NCBI GenBank assembly: GCA_002104905.1
Contig: MCFE01000108.1
Span: forward strand, 62,001 to 126,000
Direction: 5' to 3'
Length of the DNA stretch: 64,000 nucleotides
DNA from: Basidiobolus meristosporus CBS 931.73
Taxonomy: Eukaryota > Fungi > Basidiobolomycota
A model generated the notes under the pieces. It ran no database searches. It worked only from the letters and a program-made list of their open reading frames with translations, and was not told where the DNA came from. Positions 47,930-59,450 of the stretch are shown in pieces (position 1 is the first letter of the stretch; every line of letters starts with the position of its first letter). The position numbers and the translations under genes were made by a program.

Positions 47930-49790
47930 ACATGAGTACTGACCAAAAATGATATAATAGTGTTACATTGCTGAAGGTCAAACTGTTTGCCCCATGAACA
48001 AGACTACTTTGGCTCAACACTGTAAGAGAAGAGAAAAAACACAATGTGGCTATTGTGGCAAGCCTCTCAGCCATGAAGCATGCAGACAGCATAGGAAGTA
48101 TTACAAGGATCATGGCCAGTGTTTTGCCACCTAAGTCATATTTGACCATTCATTGGTCACTACTGTACCAACATTATCTTGCCAGCCAGTTGATACTTTT
48201 ATATTGGAACCTGGCTGTCTTTGTCACCTTGCACAAACTGAGTCAGGTGAGTGTGTGACGCCTTTAGGCTTACCTCAGCCTTCTGAGCATGGCCGGCAGA
48301 GTGATAGCTCTGACAAAGAAGGTTCACTGATGGATTTTGTGCCTATCTCCACTTACAACAGTACCATATATGAGCCCAGTCAAGTCCCATATGCAATGTG
48401 ACAACACCCATTGAATCAAATGCCAAGGATACTATATGGTGCCAAGTGAGTCCAGTAGTTCATCTACTGGTGAATGATATATTGTTGTGGCAGGAGAAGT
48501 GGCATATTTCCACTAATATCAGTAATGGGGCTTTGAGAATTTATTACTGTTTCTTGCCAAAATCATACCAGGATGCAACTCACCATGTACATGGTACAAG
48601 AGGACAACCATCATGTGGCTGGCAACACATGATCCAGAGACTGCCCTGATTCCAGCATGTGTCAACAGCTGCATGGCACTCACATCCAAAAATGCTACCA
48701 TTGGAACATGTCCAAATTGTCAGGAATCCATCACCATTGTGGGAAAACATTGTTAACACTCCAGATATATTCCCATCATTTCCTGTCTGAGGAAGCTGAT
48801 GCGGTCCAACAAATATTGCAAAGCTATACAGTACTGCACTCAGTATCAATCAAGTGCAAACATATCTGATATATTCAGTGGCAAACATTACAAACAGCTA
48901 AGAAGCAAGGGCTACTTTGAAGGTATATATGACATGCCTTTGCTTTAGAACTTGATGGATTCTCATTAAACAAGTACTCTACCAGCAAATCCTGCTGGCC
49001 ACTGGTTCTCATCAATCTGAGTCTGCTGCCCATCTTATGGTATCAGAGCAATAAACCAATGGTAGTATAACTGGTATCTGGGCCTAAATCACCGTCCAAT
49101 CAGGATAGCTACCTGTATCCATTGCTGGATAAATTTTGTATGCTTTCCAGAGGGAAAATGGTAAGTGGCCATCATGTAAAAGTGCATATTACTATCTGCA
49201 CTGGAGATACCCCAGCCATCAGCAAGATAGCAGGTTTTTCTGGGTACAATGGACGGTATTGCTGCTGAATGTGTGAGATCCAGGGGATATACTCCATAGC
49301 TCACACACATTAACATTACCCAAACACCAGCACTAAGAACACCATCTTTCCACAGAGTGAATGTGCAGAAGTAAGCATGCAATTGCAGCAAAATTGGCAC
49401 GCTATAAGCCATTGGCCAGAATATGGAATCAATTGGAAGTTGGAGATACTCAAGATTGAGGGTATCAGTGGGAGCAAAAGCTTTCTACTGGGAGCAATGC
49501 ATTTGCTTTTCAACAATATCCCTATACTGATGGCTAAGTTGGTCATGGGGCATTTCAAGCTTAATGAGCCCTTTGAGATACCAGAGAAATTTGGAAGAAT
49601 TGGCAAGATATTACAGAGTATCCACTACCCTAAGTACTTCTCATGGGCTCCAATTAATATCCATATGCATATGTGACAATACAAATGCAAAGACTGGATG
49701 AGCTGGATATGTATTTATTCAGGAGGTGTTCTGAAGCCATTCCTACCAAGAGTACATTGTAAGCATTGGGCAAGCTTGGGGCTCATAGCC
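47930..49790 (+). pseudogene. tnp2-family transposase, N-terminal two thirds
   Basis: FENLLLFLAKIIPG...ACVNSCMA, FSGKHYKQL...LDGF, GDTPAISKIAGFSGYNGRYCC.MCEIQG, LGAMHLLFNNIP. Confidence 0.85.
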
Positions 49791-50297
49791 TGTTGCAATA
49801 CTCTGAGGAGTATTGGTAGTGATGTGGAGAACTAGAGGCTTCACATGATATTCACTTATGGATTTATTGAGCACAAATATTGTGTTTATGGTTTTAATAG
49901 AATATACTAGAAGATACATCAAATCTGTTAAGGAGGCTCCCAAGAATACATGTGCAAGGTTGGGGTTCTCTTAGACAACTTTGGGAAAGGTCATAATCCA
50001 GGTACCAGATAACTTGGTGAAAGTATTCTATGCAAATCCTGGCAAGAAATTTGGTCAGGACAGAATGCTAATCACTGAATAAGACTTCAGTGACTAATTG
50101 GTATGGATATATAGGTGACAGACTAATAAATACTACAATTTGGACTATTTATGGAAATTTCATGATATTGGTACTTAATATGTTGGTAAGAATACTCAAC
50201 TATCTGCCATCAAGGAATTTGATCAGATTCTCCAATATTTGTAGGTAATGAAGTGACTAAGTTAGGTGATTTTTTATGCTCAATTACAAATGTTAGT
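49791..50297 (-). repeat. Copia LTR with a PBS on one side and an RNase H 3' end on the other
   Basis: gctcatagcc (PBS, reverse complement) at 49781-49790; diverged match to 51518-51866. Confidence 0.65.
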
Positions 50298-50299
50298 AT

Positions 50300-51517
50300 G
50301 ATCTCAATTAACCAAATACCCATATTGACTAATCGTAATCTTGATCCAAGGTATTCAAATTGTATCTAGCTAATGATATGGCTAATATATCTGCAAGCAT
50401 CTCATTTGCAGGATAGTAGACCAAGTTGACTAAGTCTTTCTATACAGCTTCTCATAGGAAATGAAATACTTTATATATGTGCAGAGCTCTAGTATGCAAA
50501 GCTCACTTTCTACCAATTTGCTTGCATCCTTAATATCATGATATAAAGTAGCCAGAGCATCTTGCCATACCCCCAAGTCTTTAAACAGCTTTCATAACCT
50601 CATTGCTTCTTTTTTAGCCTCTTAGACTGCCATATACTCTGTCTGACAGGTGGTAAATACCAGAGTTGACTACTCTCTTGAGTTCCATGATATTGCATCT
50701 TTACAATGCCTAGAGAAAAAGAATAACAAATGGACAGAACAAAATCTTGATATTTTCAGTTGAATTTCAAGTTTCTCAATCCTTACAGCTCTCAATAACT
50801 CAAGTACTAGCATTTGAGAAGACAAACAGACATATTCTCAAGGAAGAATTTAGCAAAACTAGCCTTTGTGCATGACTTGGCAATTAGCCAACCATTAATT
50901 CAATCAAAATCAGCAATTGAATATTTGAACAAGAAGAATCAGCTGAATACCAACAGAATATCACCAGAATACAAGCTGAAAATCACATTTTTCTCATGCT
51001 TGAGATTTTTCATAGTGAGTAAACCAGAGTGTATCCTGTGGTGGAACTTTTATTTTTAGATTACATCACAAATCAGCAGCAAAGTATTCCACAAGAAAAT
51101 GTTTTGAGACCTCTTTGGCAATCATTAAGCAGATATTAGCAGTTCCATTTTAATATCTGAGACTCTGCTTAACAGCTGCAATATCATTAGATCCATAGCT
51201 ACAATTATGCTGACTGACAACTTATGCTCAATATGAGATATTTAAGTGTGTTCCAAGTGTGGCTCACATTGATCTGCTGAATGTAGATTGGAGGGGACTA
51301 TGGGCATTCAGATGGCACTAAACTCTCTTGATTTGGTAGAATTTTGAGCAAGCTGAGGCTTGTCTCCACTTGGGTAGCTGCTAGCTTAGATTCCTCCATT
51401 TAGCACTTCTGATATATATCTTAAATAAGCATAGACTGGGATAGGGTATTTATCTAGGTACTTCTGGCTCTGGAGATCCGTATCCCAAAGTAATGAGTAT
51501 CTTACAAGTCTTGATAC
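50300..51517 (-). pseudogene. Older Copia RT/RNase H relic
   Basis: Degenerate homolog of 51870-52760 (QDL.DTHYFGIRISR...ESLVPSE). Confidence 0.8.
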
Positions 51518-54500
51518 TGTTGTAAGAGTCTTGGAGATATTGGAAGTGATTGGGAGGACAAGTAGATTATGTGGTTTTCACTTCAAGATTTATTGAATGT
51601 AAAAGTAGTATTTATACTTTTACATGGTTTTGGCATAACAAACATGTAGAATAGATTAAGGAAGATCCCAAGAGCATGTGTGCTAAGTTTGGGGCTGTTT
51701 GGATTGCATTGAGAATTCTCATGTTCTGGGTACCGGGTATTATGGTGAAAATATTTTAACTAAATCCCAACAAGGAACTTGGTCAGTACTCTCTAGGATT
51801 AGAAGGTAATGATCTAAGTGACTAAGTTAGAAGAATATTTTGGTGGGATTACAAACTTTTACAACACTCCCACTCAGCTAAATGTTCATACTGACTAGTC
51901 CTAATTTTGACCCAAGATATTCAAGCTTATCTCTAGCTAATGGTTTGGTAAATATGTCTGCAATCATTTCATCTGTAGGACAATAAACTAAGCTAACTAA
52001 GCTCTTCTCTATAGCTTCATTTATGAAATGATGTCTAATATCTGTGTGCATAGTTCTAGCATGAAAAGTTGGATTTCTACCTCATTGTAAACATCTGTGA
52101 TTATCTTGAAACAAAGTAATAGGCATATTTTGACATAGGCCTGAACCGGTAAAAAGCTTTCTTAAGCACATTTTTCTGTTGTAGCCTGACAGGCTGCCAT
52201 GTACTCTGCCTCTGTGGCAGAAAGTGCTATGGTTGGCTGCTTTCTTGAATCTCATGAAATTGCTCCTTTACAGTAATGAAAGGTGGATCCTGTGGTGGAT
52301 CTTCTGTCTTCTATATTTTGCCCACAATCAGCATCAGAGTATCCCACAAGATCCTGTTCTGAATCCTTGTAGGTGTATCTTAAGCAAATATCAGCGGTTC
52401 CTTGTAGATATCTAAAAATCCACTTAACTGCTGCAATATGATCATATCCATAGTTCTAATTATGCTGGCTAACAACTCTCACGGGATATGAGATATCTGG
52501 ACATGTTCCAAGCATAATATACATCACACTGCTGATCCTAGATTGATAGGGAAAGTCAGTGCTTTCAGATGGCACCAAGCTCTCTTGATTTAGTTGAGTT
52601 TTGACCAAGTTAAGGTTTGTCTCCATTGGGGTAGCAGCTAGTTTACAGTCTTCTATTTGGTACTTCTTTAGTATATCTTGAATATACTTGGATTGGCTTA
52701 GGGTAATAGTCTGGGTACATCTGTCTATGGGGAACTTAATCCCTAAGTAGTAACTGAGTTCTCCTAGATTGGACATCTTGAACACATTATATAGGCTGTA
52801 TTTAGCCTCTTCCAATGTTACTAGGTTATTGGTGGCTATAATAAGATCATCCACATATAGAGCAAATAGAACTGGATTTGCTCTATCTGGCATATAATAT
52901 ATACTATGGTCAGCATTACTTCTTTTGAAACTTAAAGATTCAAATAAGAATATATCTTGCAATTCCAGGCTCTTGGTGATTGTTTGAGACCATATAGTGA
53001 CTTTTTAAGCTTGCAGCCCCAATGGGAGTTATCTTGGTCAACAAGTCCATCAGGCTGGTCCATATACATGTCCTCATCAAGTTCTTTGTTTAAAAATGCA
53101 GTTTTTACATCCATTTGATGAATAAATGACTTGTATTTGGCTGCAATAGCCAATATTAATCTGATGGAATTAAACTTGGCTACCAGTGCAAAGGTCTCAG
53201 TATATGTAAGTTCTTTTGTTTGAGAGTATCCATTGGCCACAAGTCTTGCTTTGTATCTTTCAACTTTACCATCAGCCTTGTATCTTGTCTTGAAGACCCA
53301 TCTGCATCCAATTAATTTTTGGTTTATTGGTAATTTGACCAAGTCCCAAGTTTGATTTTTCATCAGGGCCTAATGTTCCTCAGCCATTGCAGATCTCCAA
53401 AACTTTGTCTGAGGGCTATTTAGGGCCTCTTTTACGGTCTGGGGTTAATCAATATGGACTGAATAGGCATAGGCTAAGTTTGTACCCTCATTGATATAAT
53501 AATCTGGGCTATTTCTTGTCCAATTGGATATCCTGGCATTTGATACTGGAATGATCACTTTTGAAATATTCCTGGGCACTGATTCTGGCTGAACCATGGC
53601 TTTAGAGTCTGCAGGAGTGAAAGAACCTTCATTGTTTTGCTCCAAGTCAATCCTGACAATTGGTGGACTTGAAATCAGATTTTTGTCATCATCTGATATC
53701 ATTTTTTGTGAAAATTCTAAATTTTCATCATACAACACATCCCTGCATGCATTTTACCCTTTTTGGTTCAAATTTTGACTTATTTCTGGGCAGTTTCTTG
53801 CCATATGCTGTACACCTGAATATTCTTAGATGTTCTGCACTTAGTCTGTATCTATACCATACTTCAAATGGAGTAGAACCACAAAGTATTCTGATATAAC
53901 TCCTACTTTTAAGATATACAGCAGTGGCAACTGATTCTGCCCAAAAATCATAGGATAATATTTGATCATGGATCAGATATCATGCCATATCAATTATTGA
54001 TCTGTTAGCACATTCTGCTACTCCAGTTTACTGAGCTTCTTCCTTTCTCTCCATGAAGTAGACCCATGTGTATCTTGTATAATAATCAATAAGTGTGACT
54101 AAAAACTTCATCCTGCCTAAGGATAAATTTTGCATAAGTTCATACAGATCTGAGTGAATTAGATCTAATTTTTTCTTGGTTTTGATCAGCCCAGAGCTCT
54201 TGAACGGTTGTCTGGCTTGTTTCCCATATATGCAGGCTTCACAGTGCTCCAAATTAGCTGGAGGACCAATTTTTACTCTAGAAATTAGCTGATCTTTGCT
54301 CATCTTGCACAAATAATCAAAATTGATGTGCCCAAATCTCCTGTGCCAAAGCATTGGTGTTTCTTCATTTAAGTTACTTTTATTGGCTTCCAGATATGAT
54401 GGAATATAAGTCAGCTTGTATAGATTCTGATCTCTGATACCCAAAGCAATATGGGCACCATTTTGATCAGTGCTCTTGCATCCAGAATTGTCAAAGCTGA

Positions 54501-55963
54501 AACTGAGTCCTTCTGCAGTGGCCTTGCTTACAGATAGTAGGTTCTTGGCTATTTCAGGTACATAGAGTACTTCTTTAAAGGTCAGTGTATGGCTTCCTTC
54601 ACTGCTCTGAAGGTTTACTTGGATAGTTCCTTTTCCCACTTCATCAAGTGATCTATCATCACCCATGAAAACCTTATTAATTGGAATTTCTTGATATTGA
54701 GTAAAAAGCTCTTTTTGGTGTGTAAAGTGTTGAGATGCTCCAGAATTAATGTACCACATCTGAGAATCCCTATTTGTGGTCATATTTAGTGCAGATATGA
54801 ATAGTCTATCATCAGTTGTTGCAGCATTTCCATATTCAGGCTTCTTTTACTGATTATCTCTGTTTTTGAGACACCAGTCTGATGTGTGTCCTTTCCTTTT
54901 GCAATAGTTGCAAAACAGGTTTCTGTTGCCTTTGCAGGGTCTTGGGTACCTCCTTTGTTGGTTATCATTGCTTATTAAAGCATTTTCTTCTTCCTTCTTA
55001 TGGGCGCTTGATTTTCTTAATTCTTTATCCAAGAGCCTTCCATATACATAATTTAAGGTCAAATCTTCAGTTCTGGACTCTAAAGCTGATACAAGGCCCT
55101 GAAACCTGTCTGTCAGACTGTTTATGATGGTAACTATCACTTCCTCATCAGTAGTTGGTATGCCCACAGATTTCATTTCATCTACCAGCAGAGTAATTCT
55201 GCTAATTAGATTTTTCATTTCTTCTCCTGGCTGCATCTTTCTAGTAAATAATTTTTGTCTCAGATACATTTTCTTAGCAGCTGAGCATGACTGGTAGGTG
55301 TCTTCTAATGCCTTGCAGCATTCTTTGCCTTTTTTGCTTTTGAGCATTGAATTAGCAATTTGTCTTCAACATTAAGGTAAATGCAGTTAAAGGCACTTTG
55401 TTCTTTCTTCCAGTACTTCAAGGCTTCCTCTCCCACGTTTTTAGGAGGGCATTCTTCTCCCATGAAAATATCCCAAAGGCCTCTTTCTTGTAGCAGCATC
55501 TTCATCTTCACCCTCCGCACCTGGTAGTTAGATCCATCCAACTTTTCAGCAGAGGGAAAAATTCCAGTAATAGCAGTAGTAGACATTGCAGAGAGTGACA
55601 GCTCAGAGCTCATAACCTGTTGTAAGAGTCTTGCAGATATTAGAAGTGACTGGGAGGATAAGTAGATTATGTGGTTTTCACTTAGTGATTTATTGAATGT
55701 AAAAGTAATACTTATACTTTTACATGGTCTTGGCATAACAAAGATGTAGAATAGATTAAGAAAGATCCCAAGAACATGTGTGCAAGGTTTGGGGCTTTTT
55801 GGACAACTCTGAGAATTTTCATGTTCTGGGTACCTGGTATTTTGGTGAAAATATTCTAAGTATATCCCATAAAGGAATTTGGTCAGTATTCCCTAGGATT
55901 TGAAGGTAATTATCTAAGTGACTAAGTTAGGGGAATATTTAGGTGGAAATACAAATTTTAACA
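51518..55963 (-). mobile_element. Near-complete Ty1/Copia retrotransposon with both LTRs (51518-51866, 55618-~55963)
   Basis: PBS ggttatgagc at 55608-55617 and PPT at 51867-51879. gag with CNYCKRKGHTSDWC; protease W.INSGAS.H; WHRRFGH; integrase; RT GCRWVFK...YKARLVA; RNase H HTDIRHHFI. Broken by stops and frameshifts. Confidence 0.95.
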
Positions 55964-55969
55964 ATGATC

Positions 55970-57262
55970 CAACTTAGAAATTCAAGCATCGGATCATAAG
56001 ATTTTTCCTACTAAAGCTGAGTGGGTTGTCCTACATCTTTTTCTTGTGGTACCAGTATCTTTATGGTTCAGCATTGTCAGTAAGTCATGCAAGTTCAAGT
56101 CTGTCTCTATGAACCAGTTCTTCTCAGATATTTGCTTGTTTGTCTACTGGTTGGTAAGTTGCAAATAGACATTCTCTAATGATCTTTAATGGTCCTGTCC
56201 ACTGTGGCTCAAACTTCTTCCAAGTGTTATTTCTTAACATCACAAAGTTCCTAACTGTCAAAGCCTCTGGTGATGTAGTCTTTTAAAATCTCTACTGCAT
56301 TATTCTGCACTTTTAGAGACTTTGGTCTGTGCCTCTTGATGTTCTTATTCCAATTGTTGGCATCTACTAGGCTGACTGAATTCATCCTTCAAGTTGTCAG
56401 TGAGTTTTGGCTGTGTGAGAGCTCCTGGAATTCTTGGTTCACATCCATACACTAAGTAAAATGAGGGTTGTTGGGTAGTGTTGCGCACCCTGACTCTGCA
56501 GGCAAACAATGCTTGGTCAATATACTTGTCACCACTACTTACAGCTCCATTTGCATACTTGGTCAGCATTTTTCCAAATAATCCATTAAACCACTCAGTG
56601 ACTCCATTAGTTCTAAGGTGCTATGCCAAAATTTTCAGATGTTTGATCTGCTGCATTTCCAGGTAGGCTTCCAATGTTTTTGCCATAAAGTTTGCTCCTC
56701 TATCAGATATGATTCCCACAGGACATCCCAACTTCATCAGGATCTCCTGGTAGAGGAAACTTGCAACTTCTTGTTCACAAGCTACAGATACAGCTTTAGC
56801 AACTGGCCATTTGTGGCATGGTCAATTGCTACTAGGATCCAACAGTTGCATTTCCTGGTGGTTGGCAGTCTTCCAATAAAGTCAATTCCCCATCTCTCAA
56901 GTGGTCTTACAGGCTGCAAGGGAATGAGTTTGGCAATTTTCTGTGGTTGGCCTTGATTGACTTGGCAACCTGGGCATGTTTTCCCTAGCTTCTCAATATC
57001 TTATTTCATTCTGGACCACTGTGCTCTAGCTTTTACAAGGCTATAAGTTCCTTCAGCTCCAAGGTGCCAATATTCATTGTGTAGCTTGTGTACTAAGTCC
57101 AGAAAAGCAATATAAGGGCAATAGGCAATAAGGCTTCCATCAAGAATTTGGTAGAGTGTTTCATCCAGTACTGCATATTTGCTAGCGTCATCCCAGACAA
57201 TCTTCTTAATATCTTCATCCACCTCATTAGCAATGGCTTGGACTACCAAGTACTTTGGTAAT
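55970..57262 (-). pseudogene. Ty3/Gypsy-type integrase fragment (HHCC, core, GPY/F)
   Basis: HNEYWHLG...TCPGCQ, WGIDFIG, VAIDHA.KWP, QALFACRVR...FYLVYG, QWTGP. Confidence 0.88.
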
Positions 57263-57266
57263 AGGC

Positions 57267-59450
57267 TGGCACAATCCATGGTTGCAAAGAATGATTGGGT
57301 GCAATATTGTAGCTACCAGTAGGCAGGATTGCTCTTGGACAATTTTGCACTATATGGCACAATCTTGCACACTATGGCACCATCTGACACAATGAGGTTG
57401 GCACAGATGATCTTGCCAACTTGTAATGTTTGCATCACATACGCAATTGGATACCACTATTGCAGTAGGTAAAGTCTGGTATTTGGATATGTTTCTTTAA
57501 TGTAAGTGGAGATAAATGTGTTTCACACTATAAACTATGCTGATACTTACCATTTTGGATATTATCACCGCAATTGGACAGTACATCAATGGTTGATTGG
57601 TCCTAAAGTATCCTGAAGCTGTTAGCCCCTAATTGGCTCATTGACCAATAAAAAAGCTACCTGATTTGCCCTCAAATATCCCACCCTGCCCATTGAGCAA
57701 GTAGATCCCTGATCTTAGTGATTGGACAAGGTATTATAGCAAGCATGCAACCAATTGTGTAGGTGCAAATCAGAGCAAATAGCTGCGCTGGTGCTACAGA
57801 TGATATATATATATGCAGGGTGTATATTATAAGGGCTCTGTCTCAAATGTGAGATGACCTTGACATTACTTATATCAAAAATTTAGTGAATGCTGATTTT
57901 CAATGGCTCATTGGATTATCAAAAATATGCACTGTTTGGAACATGACAAATGGTAACAATTCAATGCAATTGCATCATCTTCTCCTAGGTTTTTTCTCAC
58001 AGGGATTACTACTGAAGCATTTGGTAGTGATTCACTTTGCACACCTGAACTACTTCCTTGTAGATTATCATCTTGGCTACTTGTGTACTTGTAGTCAGTA
58101 TTTTGCCTCCTAGTTGATACGTGCAATGCTGGAGCTTGGCCATGCTGAATTGCTCCAGATGATAAAACAGAATTAGCCTGTAGTGCAATGTGCTGATGCA
58201 TTCTTTTGCTTGCCCCAGGCTCTAGTGGTGGAGGCAGTTCATGTGGGTCATTGTTGGCCAGTTCATCAGAAGTAACTTGCTGGTGGTCAGGTGTAACAGT
58301 ATGTGCAGGCACAACTCAATGCATTTATATAGCCCTTGGTTGAGTTTGATGTGATGTTACATGATGATACAACTTGGCCCACTCCAATGGACTTGTGTCT
58401 AAATGAGCAGTTTAGCAAGTTCTGGAAGTTTTGCTCTGAAGCACATGCATTGATCTGATGCATACTGACTCAATGCAGGGGGCTCTTGTGAAGGGTGTTG
58501 GCATGGATTGGACTGATATGCACCAGCACACCAGCATTGCAGGTGATGGTAAGGAGTCCAGCAAGGCATGCTGGTGCAATCTAGATGTAGTTGCTTGCGG
58601 TCTGTATTCTTCCTCTTGAAGCTCACATTCTGATTCCTCAAGGTATTCACTTACCCGCAATCTGATACTTGGGAACTGTTACCTTGATGAGTCCTGTGTA
58701 TACTGCTCTTGGAAGCCACTTAGCTCTACTAATATATCATATAGTACATTAGTCATTTGAGGCAAAAACTCATTCAAAATCTCTTTGTTTCCCAAAGTTA
58801 AGGCACAAACAGACATGTCCCAGCCCATACTGTGCAAATTGTGCATGGAATTGGTTGCGCATGGCTTCCTCATCAAATCCCCTCTCACTAAGCTCATTCT
58901 AGGTTTCAATACCTGTCTTATTATATATCTTCTTACATACATATGCTGGCATCTTAATGTAGAACTCATGCCATAGCTTTCTACTCTGATTCTTCCATCT
59001 CTGCTGACTCTCTGAGGTATACAATTCTGCTAGATTAATGAGTAGTGTCCAAATATCTGTATTAAGGCTCATCATTGACACTTGGGCCATACTAAAATCT
59101 TTTGGCAACAACTTGAATGGATCCAACATTGACTTTTTTGGTCCAGACCATGCTTGTAAGCTGGGGGATGGGTTTTGTCTGGGTTGTACTAAATATGAGT
59201 TGAGACTTGGTATAAGGACCACAGTGATGGATTTGGATACTTATACAGTAGTATATTGTCATCAACCTGGTCTTACATGAAATATATATGAAAACAAATG
59301 GGATTGTTGAATTTTTCATATATTACGCATGATGCATCTTGGATTGCATTGACACAGATCAGATCACATCAATTACAGATTTCCTATTTGATTATAGACT
59401 TGTGAGTAAATCATCAATAAAATCACCAAGTCATTGTTTGAGGATGATTT
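57267..59450. mobile_element. PHIS copy F, truncated (ORF2 side only)
   Basis: ORFs 58899..59222, 58679..58969 and 57908..58312 match ORF2; both TIRs and the transposase are missing. Confidence 0.9.

Noticed and set aside
51513-55970. gatac/gatcc as a 5-bp TSD of the Copia element
   Set aside because: It needs a shifted LTR end, and the two flanks belong to different elements, so it is probably coincidence.
57001-57279. ORF 57001..57279 as a stand-alone gene start (MDCA...)
   Set aside because: The start codon lies in the adjoining PHIS copy F; the ORF is a junction artefact on an integrase fragment.
1-59450. An intact, active TE or a captured host gene in the TE block
   Set aside because: Every transposase, gag-pol and ORF2 examined has a stop, frameshift or insertion, and no non-TE domain was recognised.
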